From contig CAZKVI010000003.1 of NCBI GenBank assembly GCA_964556185.1, positions 2,089 through 66,088 on the forward strand: a stretch of 64,000 nt of DNA, given 5' to 3'. Below the pieces are notes generated by a model. The model had not been told where the DNA came from. It saw nothing but the letters and a program-made list of their open reading frames with translations, and did not search any database. This stretch comes from an uncultured Methanosarcinales archaeon. Lineage in GTDB: Archaea; Nanobdellota; Nanobdellia; Woesearchaeales; DSVV01. Below are positions 1-9,339 of this stretch, piece after piece (position 1 is the first letter of the stretch; each line of letters starts with the position of its first letter). The position numbers and the translations under genes are program-made.

Positions 1-683
1 AACGAGGTTTTGCAGTTAAACAAAAATATCTTGTAAAAACTTTTGTAATCGGCGGATTAATATTTGGATTAGTTCCAATTGCATTGTGTTTATTAGGGTT
101 TGTTGCAGCAAATCCAGCTGTAAGTATAGAAGTAGCAGATCCACAAATGGTTGGTCCATTAGTTATTGGACACTTTTTACCAAAAGCAGCATTATTGTTA
201 TTTGTATTTATGGCTTTTGCAGGTTTGTCCTCGACACTAGACTCTGCTTATTGTGCAATTAGTTCTTTGGGAACAATTGATTTGTATAAAAAATACATAA
301 ATCCAAATGCAAGTAGTAGAATATTATTAAAAGTTTCAAGAACTTTAATGATAGCCATGGCTGTAATTGGTACAGTAATTGCATTATTACAACCAAAACT
401 ACTTTGGGTGTTCTTAATTTACGGTGCACTAGCATCTGCTGCCTTATTTCCAACAATATTTAGTTTGTATTGGGATAGATTAGAGAAAAATGCTGCATTC
501 TTAGCAGTAGCATTGTCCTTAGTAATTGGATTACCACTTTCAATCTATGCCAATGTTGTTGAGAATGTAAACTTGATTGTATTAGCAGCAGTATTAAGCG
601 CAACTATTGGATTAGTTGTTTGTTTAGTTGGTGGATTCATGAATACAAAACGATATAAGTTTGAAGTTTACGAGAAAGAGTAA
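1..683 (+). CDS. sodium:solute symporter family transporter, C-terminal part (5' end outside window; frame open from position 3)
   Basis: Frame is open from the window edge. Multiple TM segments; conserved SSF-like stretch LSSTLDSAYCAISSLGTIDLY. Confidence 0.55.
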   Translation, partial: RGFAVKQKYLVKTFVIGGLIFGLVPIALCLLGFVAANPAVSIEVADPQMVGPLVIGHFLPKAALLLFVFMAFAGLSSTLDSAYCAISSLGTIDLYKKYINPNASSRILLKVSRTLMIAMAVIGTVIALLQPKLLWVFLIYGALASAALFPTIFSLYWDRLEKNAAFLAVALSLVIGLPLSIYANVVENVNLIVLAAVLSATIGLVVCLVGGFMNTKRYKFEVYEKE

Positions 684-1055
684 TCAAACCTCACAAACCA
701 ATCTAGAATTTGGCAATGGCTCAGAGATCTGTTGCATTATGATTGGATTCTTTTCTATAATTTTATTTCTAATCTCTACTTGGAACATCAATCTAATCTC
801 TAATTTTCCATCATTAACACTTACATTAAATTCCCATTTTGGAATTTTTAAAAGTTTATTCTTACTTAATTCTAAAAATTTAGATGCTTCGAATATTTGA
901 ATACCAACAATATAACCTTCTTTATCTATATCAAGAACTATGTTCTCCAATTCTATTGATTTAATATAATCTCTTTCTAATGTTTTAAAGAATAATATAT
1001 CTTGTTTAAAGTCATAATCAAATTCTCCTTTTGCTCTTAAAAATTTATCTTTCAT
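684..1055 (-). CDS. small DUF2283-like hypothetical protein
   Basis: 123-aa ORF; motif DKEGYIVGIQIFEASKF resembles the DUF2283 core. Confidence 0.35.
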   Translation of the reverse strand: MKDKFLRAKGEFDYDFKQDILFFKTLERDYIKSIELENIVLDIDKEGYIVGIQIFEASKFLELSKNKLLKIPKWEFNVSVNDGKLEIRLMFQVEIRNKIIEKNPIIMQQISEPLPNSRLVCEV

Positions 1056-1057
1056 TG

Positions 1058-1408
1058 TTATCTATGTTTAACAACAATCTTTTTCTTTATTTTGTTGTGT
1101 ACATGGTGTTTGGTTGTTTCCCAATAGAAATCTCTGAATTTTTTAATTACTGGGTTTGTTAATGCAAGTTTATACATCTTGGCTTTTCCAACAATTCTTG
1201 TATTAATTACAATTCCTTCATCTTCTAATCTTTGCCAAAATAATTTTAATGTAGAATAACCAACTCCAGATAAACTAGCTATGTCTGTCATACTGTAATC
1301 AAAGTCTTCATTAACTACAAGAAAATCTAAAACTCTCAAAATAGGAGTATCTCCAAATATTTCCAAAAATACTGTTTTTCCTTCCATTGTATACATAATA
1401 AGACACAT
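1058..1408 (-). CDS. winged-helix transcriptional regulator
   Basis: wHTH-like LRVLDFLVVNEDFDYSMTDIASLSGVGYSTLKLFWQRLEDEGIV. Minus-strand TATA tatatataaatctttc about 20 bp upstream. Confidence 0.5.
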   Translation of the reverse strand: MCLIMYTMEGKTVFLEIFGDTPILRVLDFLVVNEDFDYSMTDIASLSGVGYSTLKLFWQRLEDEGIVINTRIVGKAKMYKLALTNPVIKKFRDFYWETTKHHVHNKIKKKIVVKHR

Positions 1409-1502
1409 TTCATATATAAATCTTTCTATTTATAGCCAATATAAGCTATATATAAGAACTAAAATAAATAAGCTTTTAAATAATTACTTTATTGAATTTT
1501 TT

Positions 1503-1772
1503 ATGGGGAAAAAGTTAACTAATTCTGATTATGTAAAAATTAAGAAAAACATTCTTAAAAGATTATATTCTAAACAAGCATTTAGTCAAGGCCATTTGTT
1601 ATATGAAAGATTACGATCAAGTATCCCCCCTCATTTACATGGATTTGTAGAAGATGTTCTTAAAGATCTTATAAAAGATGGGTTAGTTATATCTTATGGA
1701 AAAACAAAACATGGAAATGCTTATCAATTAAATATTAAGAAATTAGATGAGATTGAGAATATAATAATTTAA
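1503..1772 (+). CDS. hypothetical small basic protein
   Basis: 89-aa ORF with ATG start and host-like codon bias. Confidence 0.3.
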   Translation: MGKKLTNSDYVKIKKNILKRLYSKQAFSQGHLLYERLRSSIPPHLHGFVEDVLKDLIKDGLVISYGKTKHGNAYQLNIKKLDEIENIII

Positions 1773-2914
1773 TTGAAATAACTCAAAACCCTATCTATTT
1801 TTTTATTTTTCTTATATTCTTTAGCTAAAGACATAACTTTCTTCTTGTCAATATCCAATCCACTTCTCTCGATAAACTTACCTGAAGAGAAGAATTGCAG
1901 AACTTGAGTTACATTCTTTGGTCTTTCAGAATAATTAGATCTTTCAAAGTCAATCAAATGAATTTTGTTCTTGTCGTCGATTATAATATGTTTCATTGGT
2001 TTATGCATCTCTTCTTTGTTTATGTTTAATTCATCCATTTTCTTCATCAATCGCAATAATTGTCTCATTACATCTTTTATTTCTTTTTTATTTCCTTTCT
2101 CAAATAAATCATGTATCAATTTCCCGTCAACAAATTCCATTACAAAGTAATCATCGCAACCAAAACACAATTTTGGACCTATTTTTTCTTTATTTAGTTT
2201 CTTTAGCCAGTTTTTCTCAATCTTTACTCTTGATATTGCTTCACTCATAGGATTTTTAGATTTGACAACAACTTTTTTACCTTTATAATTAGCTAAAAAC
2301 AATAATCCTCTATTACCTTTTGTAAAATATTGAACATTTGTTAATCCTTTTCCTTCTAAAGTTTTCAAAAACTTTTGTTTTTCAATAATATAAACATACA
2401 ATTCTTCAAAACCAACTTTCAACTTATCAATTTCCTTAAACTCAAATAAATTTCTATCTAAAATCTCACAAACTTTCTTTTTCTTAGATAATGAACTAAA
2501 TAATAACAATATTTTACCATTTTCAACTAAATAAGAATTAACATTATCCAAAAACCTCTCAATAAGTTCATAACCTTTTTTACCTCCATCTAATGCAATA
2601 TCTCGAGCATAATCTTTCTCAGGATCTGGTAAATAAGGCGGATTAAAAATAACTAAATCAAACTTCCCAGTAACTTTTGAGAACAAATCACTTTCAATAA
2701 CTTTTACATTCTTCAAATTTTGTTGTTTAACATTCTTTTGAACAAACTTAACAGCTTCTGGATTAATATCAACAGCTAATACATTAGCATATTTAGCAGC
2801 TTCTAAAGCAAGTATTCCAGAACCAGTACCTATTTCCAATACATTACCTTTGCAATAGTCTTTCAAATGCTTTTGCAATAGATAAGAGTCTTCTCTTGGT
2901 TGATATATTTCCAT
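1769..2914 (-). CDS. HemK/Mtq2-like N5-glutamine methyltransferase fused to a Bud32/RIO-like small kinase domain
   Basis: N-terminal VLEIGTGSGILALEAAK...DINPEAV...DLVIFNPPYLP (SAM methyltransferase with the NPPY motif). C-terminal Gly-rich loop KGNRGLLFLANYKGKKVVVK, hinge FVMEFVDG, IHLIDFERS (DFG-like). Confidence 0.55.
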   Translation of the reverse strand: MEIYQPREDSYLLQKHLKDYCKGNVLEIGTGSGILALEAAKYANVLAVDINPEAVKFVQKNVKQQNLKNVKVIESDLFSKVTGKFDLVIFNPPYLPDPEKDYARDIALDGGKKGYELIERFLDNVNSYLVENGKILLLFSSLSKKKKVCEILDRNLFEFKEIDKLKVGFEELYVYIIEKQKFLKTLEGKGLTNVQYFTKGNRGLLFLANYKGKKVVVKSKNPMSEAISRVKIEKNWLKKLNKEKIGPKLCFGCDDYFVMEFVDGKLIHDLFEKGNKKEIKDVMRQLLRLMKKMDELNINKEEMHKPMKHIIIDDKNKIHLIDFERSNYSERPKNVTQVLQFFSSGKFIERSGLDIDKKKVMSLAKEYKKNKKIDRVLSYFN

Positions 2915-2950
2915 AAAGGTAATAATTCATAACTATTTATTAATTCTTTC

Positions 2951-3451
2951 CTAAAAATCCAAATCAATTTTCCTAAAATAGTCAGTTACTCTGCTCATTA
3001 TTGGTGGTAAAACATATTGTTCAATCTTCTCCCTATAAACATCTTGTAAATCACTGAATTCAACAATTCTATAATTATTCTTAATTTTCTCAACAAGAAA
3101 AATATCTCGAAGTCTTTTAATTTGTCTTCTTACATTTGAAGAAGCCACTCCAGTCAAAGGTAATTCATAATTATTCCTTGTTTCAATTACCATTGATCTT
3201 ATTTCATCAGAACTTAAGTTCTTTCTGTCTTTTTTTGCTTCTAAAATAACATAGAGTACATCAACAATTACATCTCTACTATCACCTGGCTGTAAAAGAC
3301 CCATGCTTAAGCAGAACTTTCTTACTAATTCTCTTTTATCCAAGGAATCTGGTTTTTCATATCTTCTTAATGTGAGTTCCATCAAAGGAGTATCGCGGGA
3401 GATTGTTGCCATAATTATCACCTCAATTATATGTAGCAGCATTGAGCTCAA
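2951..3451 (-). CDS. hypothetical protein (possible DNA-binding)
   Basis: 166-aa ORF, basic. Start may be an internal Met (MATISRD). Confidence 0.35.
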   Translation of the reverse strand: MSSMLLHIIEVIIMATISRDTPLMELTLRRYEKPDSLDKRELVRKFCLSMGLLQPGDSRDVIVDVLYVILEAKKDRKNLSSDEIRSMVIETRNNYELPLTGVASSNVRRQIKRLRDIFLVEKIKNNYRIVEFSDLQDVYREKIEQYVLPPIMSRVTDYFRKIDLDF

Positions 3452-3454
3452 AAT

Positions 3455-3545
3455 TCACTCAAAGAACACATCGCGACCGTTGCGAGGGGTTGCTCCCTCC
3501 GGGAACGCAGGTCCTTTGAAACATCATCCAGAATTTTGAAGCTGC
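3455..3545. ncRNA. GC-rich island with local hairpins (GAGGG-GTTGCT-CCCTC); candidate small RNA or UTR structure
   Basis: Sharp local GC rise in a roughly 30% GC background, between the IleRS 3' end and the start of the next gene. Confidence 0.2.
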
Positions 3546-3741
3546 TATATTTATTATGATCAAACTTGTTTATATACTTCACACCAACCTGTCCAGTGTA
3601 AACAATAATACAAGCTATAACAACAAAATATAGCTAATACAAGCCATATCAACCACTCGCCAACACCTTGTCCAATACATTATTTACATATAAAAAAACT
3701 AAAATTCTGTCCACTGGATGCTAAGAAATAATAAGTAATTC

Positions 3742-6700
3742 CTAAACCTTCTCACAACTTATCAAAACTTCCATCTTTTTAATCTTCTCTTTAGAACAAT
3801 CTTGTAATGTGTCTGCTTCAACACCAACAAAGATCTCAACAGCCCCACATTTGTCTTTAATATCATCTTGCCATTTGATTAACATATCAACATATGATTG
3901 AGTACTCTGCAAATGCAATTTAATATTATCTTTTTTCTCCAATCCTAACTTTTTCCTAAATGCTTGAACTCTTCGCATGACTTCTCTGGAATAACCTTCT
4001 GCATCTAAGTCAGGAGTTCTTGTTTTATCTAAAAACAATTGTCCATGTCTATATTCTGCTTCAACTAAGTTCTCAGGCAGTTCTTTCTCAATAATAAAGT
4101 GCTCTTTTTTCAAACTTACTTTATGTCCATCTAAAACAACAGTATGTGCACCTTTTTCAACATCTGCCAAGATTTTCTCGTCAGCAACTTGTATTAATCT
4201 AGTAATTATTTTAGGAACTAATTCACCATATTCTTGACCAATTGTTCTATGGTTTGGTTTCATTTTTATCTTAACTTCAGTACACTTATCAACTAATTCA
4301 ATATGTTTGACATTTGTTTGTTTTTTAATAGTTTCATCTAACTTAGTAATAGATTCAATAGTATCATTATCAGTAACTACAATCCTAATTTTACCAACAG
4401 GCCATCTTACTCCTAGTTGTGCTCTTTCACGAGCAGCTAAAATACTTTGAATTGTATCTTTTGCAATAGAAAACTCTTTTTCTAAAGAGTTATCAATAAA
4501 CTTTGCATCAAATTTAGGCCAATCAAACAAATGAATACTCTCAACCTCAAGATCAAAGTACTCTTTCAAATCTTGATACATTCTCTCAGCTATAAATGGA
4601 GAAACAATTGCAAACATTTTCAAATTCTCTAAAAATGTTTCAAATATAACATTAAATACAACTTGTTTTTGTTCTTCCAACCCAAGAGCTGCTTTCTCAC
4701 GAACCAATTGAATATATGTTCTTGATAATTCCATAAATATTTCTTCAACTTTCAAAGGAACTTCATTTATCTTATAACTATCCATTAATTCTGTTATTTC
4801 TTTAATACCAGAATGTAATTTTGAAATCATATACTCTTCTTCTTGTTCTAAACAATTCTTATCAATTCCAGTGAATTTCAAACCATTATTCTTAGCTAAA
4901 TCAATTATAAACTTGTGCAGATTCCAATACACACCTAAATTCTTATATTTTAATTTACAGTCATCAAAATTATAATTAATATCAATTCCAGGATTAGCTC
5001 CACCAATCATATAATATCTTAATGTGTCTGCTCCGTATTTATCAACAACTTCTTGAGGTAAAATATAATTACCAAGAGATTTACTCATCTTACGTCCCTG
5101 TGAATCTTGTACAAAACCATGCATGTAAACATTTCTAAAAGAAGGTTTTTCCATGCTTACCATAGAAGCAACATGTAATAAATTAAACCAACCTCTAATT
5201 TGATCTTTTCCTTCTAAAATAAAATCAGGTGGAAACAAATTCTTAAAATTCTCTTCTTTATGTGGATAATCCAAACAAATCCATGAAGTACAACCAGCAT
5301 CTACCCAAACATCTAAAATATCTGGAATTCTTTTTTTAACACCACCACAATCACATTTGATTGTTACTTCATCAATCCAAGGTTTATGTAATTTCTCTAC
5401 TTTTTGTCCTGATAACTTTTCTAATTCAGCAACATCACCGACGACAATATAATTATCACACTCTTCACATCTCCATACTGGTACTGGTGTTCCCCAGAAT
5501 CTTTGTTTTGTAATAGAATTGTCTCTTAAGTTTTCTAACCATGAATTAAAAGCATTATAAGCAGCTTGAGGTACCCATTTAATTTTATTATTCTCTTCAA
5601 TTAACTTTTCTTTCATATCATCTACTTTAAAGAACCATTGTTTTGTAGTTTTATAGACAACAGCTTCATGACATCTCCAACAATGTGCATAACTATGATT
5701 AGTTTTACTTTGTGCAATTAAAGTGCCATTCTCATCCATTAGTTCAACAAATTTCTTATCATCTTTCTTAGCAACTAAACCAGAGAACTTTGAATCATCC
5801 TTTGGATATGTGCCATTTTCATCAATAAGATTAAATGGTTTAATACCTTTTCTTACACATAATTCATAATCAGAATCCCCGCAACCAGGTGCAAAATGCA
5901 CTAAACCAGTACCATCATCTAAATGTACATATTCATCTGATAATAAAACTGTATAAATCTTATCTTGTGTTTTTCTTGCTTCTTTAATTTGAGGAAATGA
6001 ATTTTCAAAAGAAGGAATATATTCTTTGCCTTCTAATTTCTTTCCTTTGAATTCTTCAACAATTTCATAATCTTTTCCTGCTTTTAATTTAATAACTTCT
6101 TCTGCAAGGTCTTTTGCAACAATCCAATGTTCATCACCAACTTTACATTTAACATATTCAAAATCAGGATGTACAACAACTGCTAGATTAAAAGGAATTG
6201 TCCATGGAGTTGTTGTCCAAATGATTAAATAATCATTTTCAGTTCCTCTTAATTTAAATCTTAAATAAATAGAATCATCAGTAATATCTTGGTATTCTAA
6301 TTCATGCTTTGCTAATGCTGTTGCACACGAAGCACACCAAGTCATTGCTCTTTCTCCTTCATACAATCTTTTATTTTCATGTGCTTTTTTAATTAACCAC
6401 CATTCTCCTTCAATAAATTCTTTTGAAATAGGTTGGTAAGCATTTTCAAAGCCCATCCATACACCTAATCTAGTAAAATCCTTATTCATTACATGCATAT
6501 TTTCTATAGATAGTTTTTTACATTCTTCAATAAACTTAGCAACACCAAACTTCTTGATTCCTTCTTTTCCATTAATTCCTAGTTTCTTTTCAACTGCATG
6601 CGCTGTAGGTAATCCATGCATATCATAGCCAGCTCTATCCCAAACATTGAAACCAGCCATTCTTTTATATCTAAGAACCATATCTTTTAGTGATTTGTTC

Positions 6701-6870
6701 CAAGCAGTACCTATATGAACCTTCCCAGAAGTATAAGGTGGTCCATCTAAGAAATAGTAGTCTTGGCCATCTTTACATTTATCTTTAGCTTTCTGGTATA
6801 TACTGTTCTTATCCCAGAACTCTAAAGTGCCTTCTTCAACTTCCTTGAAATCATAATTCCCTACTTGCAT
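3742..6870 (-). CDS. ileS: isoleucine--tRNA ligase (archaeal/eukaryotic type)
   Basis: HIGH motif (PPYTSGKVHIGTAW) and KMSKS motif (KMSKSLGNY), editing domain, 1040-1059 aa. Start assigned to MQVGNYDFKEVEE because the TATA box at about 6925-6935 would place the transcription start downstream of the first ATG at 6921. Confidence 0.9.
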   Translation of the reverse strand: MQVGNYDFKEVEEGTLEFWDKNSIYQKAKDKCKDGQDYYFLDGPPYTSGKVHIGTAWNKSLKDMVLRYKRMAGFNVWDRAGYDMHGLPTAHAVEKKLGINGKEGIKKFGVAKFIEECKKLSIENMHVMNKDFTRLGVWMGFENAYQPISKEFIEGEWWLIKKAHENKRLYEGERAMTWCASCATALAKHELEYQDITDDSIYLRFKLRGTENDYLIIWTTTPWTIPFNLAVVVHPDFEYVKCKVGDEHWIVAKDLAEEVIKLKAGKDYEIVEEFKGKKLEGKEYIPSFENSFPQIKEARKTQDKIYTVLLSDEYVHLDDGTGLVHFAPGCGDSDYELCVRKGIKPFNLIDENGTYPKDDSKFSGLVAKKDDKKFVELMDENGTLIAQSKTNHSYAHCWRCHEAVVYKTTKQWFFKVDDMKEKLIEENNKIKWVPQAAYNAFNSWLENLRDNSITKQRFWGTPVPVWRCEECDNYIVVGDVAELEKLSGQKVEKLHKPWIDEVTIKCDCGGVKKRIPDILDVWVDAGCTSWICLDYPHKEENFKNLFPPDFILEGKDQIRGWFNLLHVASMVSMEKPSFRNVYMHGFVQDSQGRKMSKSLGNYILPQEVVDKYGADTLRYYMIGGANPGIDINYNFDDCKLKYKNLGVYWNLHKFIIDLAKNNGLKFTGIDKNCLEQEEEYMISKLHSGIKEITELMDSYKINEVPLKVEEIFMELSRTYIQLVREKAALGLEEQKQVVFNVIFETFLENLKMFAIVSPFIAERMYQDLKEYFDLEVESIHLFDWPKFDAKFIDNSLEKEFSIAKDTIQSILAARERAQLGVRWPVGKIRIVVTDNDTIESITKLDETIKKQTNVKHIELVDKCTEVKIKMKPNHRTIGQEYGELVPKIITRLIQVADEKILADVEKGAHTVVLDGHKVSLKKEHFIIEKELPENLVEAEYRHGQLFLDKTRTPDLDAEGYSREVMRRVQAFRKKLGLEKKDNIKLHLQSTQSYVDMLIKWQDDIKDKCGAVEIFVGVEADTLQDCSKEKIKKMEVLISCEKV

Positions 6871-6991
6871 AAGAATTAGTGAATGAATGAGTGATTTATA
6901 AATATTATGGCATAATAACACATATTATATATGAAAAAGGCGTATTTTATTACACAAAAATTTAAATACTTCCTTACCAAGAAATTAAATC

Positions 6992-7219
6992 ATGGCTAAA
7001 TTATGGTTCAAAGCTAAGAAATATGGATGGGGATGGACTCCATGCACAAAAGAAGGATGGTTAATAACTTTGCTTTTTATTTTAGCTGTAATAACAATAG
7101 CAATGAGATACGCAGAAACAAATAGTATAATGTTCTTTACTTCTTTGATTGCATTAATAGCAATTTTCTTATTAATTGCTTACAAAAAAGGCGAAAAACC
7201 AAGATGGTCTTGGGGATAA
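6992..7219 (+). CDS. small membrane protein
   Basis: 75 aa, two predicted TM helices. Confidence 0.3.
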   Translation: MAKLWFKAKKYGWGWTPCTKEGWLITLLFILAVITIAMRYAETNSIMFFTSLIALIAIFLLIAYKKGEKPRWSWG

Positions 7220-7239
7220 TAAAAATCGAGGTGAATTAA

Positions 7240-7452
7240 ATGGGATTAATAAATTGGATGGAAAGTATGATAAAAAAGATGAAATGGTATGATATTTCAC
7301 TTGTTAAAATGTCAACACTATGTTCAACATTGTTTTTAATGACAGTTTGGCCAGCATTTGCAAACTTTGTATACAGCATTGCTTGGTATTATTGGTTAAT
7401 CTTAGTGTTTGTATTCGCAGCAATACCATTGAAAAGAATGTTTCTAGATTGA
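7240..7452 (+). CDS. small membrane protein
   Basis: 70 aa, hydrophobic, directly downstream of the previous ORF. Confidence 0.3.
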   Translation: MGLINWMESMIKKMKWYDISLVKMSTLCSTLFLMTVWPAFANFVYSIAWYYWLILVFVFAAIPLKRMFLD

Positions 7453-8769
7453 ACATAACATATGCTCTCTGAAGAAATTCATCTTCCGAGGGTATTTATT
7501 TATTTTTTCTATTGTTTTCTTATAATTATTTCTTAATTTAATAGCTTCTTTATTAGTCAATCCTGAAGAAACTTCATAAGTTAATCTAGGCTCCAATACA
7601 GTTCTTTGTTCTTCAATAATCTTAGTTATTTTGAATTTCTTTGGGTTTTTGTATACTTGAGAATCTTTTTGCAAACCAAATATTGAAACAGAGACTAAAT
7701 CAATATATTCATCATTATCTTTTAAGAATTGAATAGTTTCTAAGAATTCTTCTCTAGTTTCCCCTGGAAAACCAAACATTATGTAGACTACATTCTTTAT
7801 TCCTACTTCATGTGAATGTTTTAATACTTTTTCAACTTCTTCTTTGTTTGTTCCTTTGTTCATTAATTTCAAAACTCTATTATTTCCAGACTCAACACCC
7901 CAAATAACCATTGATAAACCAGATTCTTTTAATTTAACTAATGTTTCTTTGTTAATATCTTTTGGTTTTAATTGACAAGTGTAATTAACTTTTAATGGTT
8001 TTAAAACATTAGCTATTTCTAATAATCTTTTCTCATGTATCATGTCATCAATTAAAAAGAAATGTTTTTGTTTTGATTTCTTAATTGTTTGTTTTATTAA
8101 TTCTAAATTATATTCACAATAAGGTTGATTTGTAAAATGTGTACAAAAAGTACATCCTTTATAATAACAAGTTGATGATGTTTTAATTGGAATAACTGGT
8201 TCTGGACAAAAATACTCTTTTAGATTGTAAATAGAAAAATCAGGAACAATTTCACAGTTTAATTCATCATGTTTCACTTCTTCACCAATATATTTCAATA
8301 ATTCAACTTCATTATTCAAACACTTGGCCAGAGATTTTAATTTATCATTAACAGCAGGCCCACCAATTACAACATTCTTTAATTCTTTCAATAAAGCATA
8401 TGCATAAAATGCTTGACTTGAATAAACTAAACTAAATAAAACCAAATCAGGTTTCTTTTCTTGAATTTTCTTTAACATTTCTTCAAACAATTCTGGTTTT
8501 TCACCATTTACAACTGCTCTATTATTTTTCAGATATAATTTTGAAGTTATTTTGTTAAATTCTGTTGTTGTTTTTTCATAATCATCAAATTTACCTTCTT
8601 GGTAGTATTTATGATACTCTGGAAATTTCTTTTTATGAAATTCTAAATTCAAATCTAATACATCAATATTATGCTTTGAATTAGCCTTTAGAAATGAAGC
8701 TAAATAAGTCAATGAATAAGGAGGACTCGCAGGAGTACAAAACGGTAAATATACTAGTAATATGTTCAT
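7444..8769 (-). CDS. B12-binding domain radical SAM protein
   Basis: N-terminal MNILLVYLPF...PPYSLTYLASFL (B12-binding fold typical of class B radical SAM). Cys cluster CYYKGCTFC. Confidence 0.6.
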   Translation of the reverse strand: MNILLVYLPFCTPASPPYSLTYLASFLKANSKHNIDVLDLNLEFHKKKFPEYHKYYQEGKFDDYEKTTTEFNKITSKLYLKNNRAVVNGEKPELFEEMLKKIQEKKPDLVLFSLVYSSQAFYAYALLKELKNVVIGGPAVNDKLKSLAKCLNNEVELLKYIGEEVKHDELNCEIVPDFSIYNLKEYFCPEPVIPIKTSSTCYYKGCTFCTHFTNQPYCEYNLELIKQTIKKSKQKHFFLIDDMIHEKRLLEIANVLKPLKVNYTCQLKPKDINKETLVKLKESGLSMVIWGVESGNNRVLKLMNKGTNKEEVEKVLKHSHEVGIKNVVYIMFGFPGETREEFLETIQFLKDNDEYIDLVSVSIFGLQKDSQVYKNPKKFKITKIIEEQRTVLEPRLTYEVSSGLTNKEAIKLRNNYKKTIEKINKYPRKMNFFREHMLCSI

Positions 8770-8852
8770 TTCTTTAGTTAATTATCAATTGTTATTAAGG
8801 TTTTGGGTAAATAAGCATAGTCTTATATACTACCACTAATTTCACATGAATT

Positions 8853-9290
8853 ATGGGAAGATTTGAAGGTTCAAGAGGCAGAAGTTCTGGCCGTGGAAGA
8901 GACTCAAGAAGAGGCGGTAGAAGCGGCAATAGAAGAGATTCTAGTTATAGTAGAGACTCTAGCAGAAGTAATTATGGCAGAAGAGACTCTGGCAGAAGTT
9001 CTTATGGTGGAAGATCTAGCAGAGGCAGAGATTCTGGACGAAGTTATGGTGGCAGAGGCAGTAGAAGAGATAGTAATGACATTGAAATGACCAAAGTTAT
9101 TTGTGCTTCTTGTAAAGAAGAATGCGAAATCCCATTCAAACCTAAAACAGACAAGCCAGTCTATTGCAGAGATTGTTATTCAAAAGAAGGCAATGGCAGA
9201 TCATCTGGCAGATCTAATAATTCTAGCAGAGACCTTGACCAAATCAACGAAAAACTCAACAAAATCATGAAAGCATTAAATGTTGAATAA
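8853..9290 (+). CDS. Arg/Ser/Gly-rich low-complexity protein with C-terminal CxxC...CxxC zinc ribbon
   Basis: RGRDSRRGGRSGNRRDSSYSRDSSRS repeats followed by CASCKEECEIPFKPKTDKPVYCRDCY. Confidence 0.5.
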   Translation: MGRFEGSRGRSSGRGRDSRRGGRSGNRRDSSYSRDSSRSNYGRRDSGRSSYGGRSSRGRDSGRSYGGRGSRRDSNDIEMTKVICASCKEECEIPFKPKTDKPVYCRDCYSKEGNGRSSGRSNNSSRDLDQINEKLNKIMKALNVE

Positions 9291-9339
9291 ACTCTTAGTT
9301 AGGTTTATATACTGTATTTGATTTCTCTAGTATAAAGAG

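Noticed and set aside
8863-9090. Alternate-frame acidic ORF (75 aa) inside the RS-rich gene
   Set aside because: Frame artefact of the repetitive AGA/GGC codons. The zinc-ribbon-containing frame is the coherent one.
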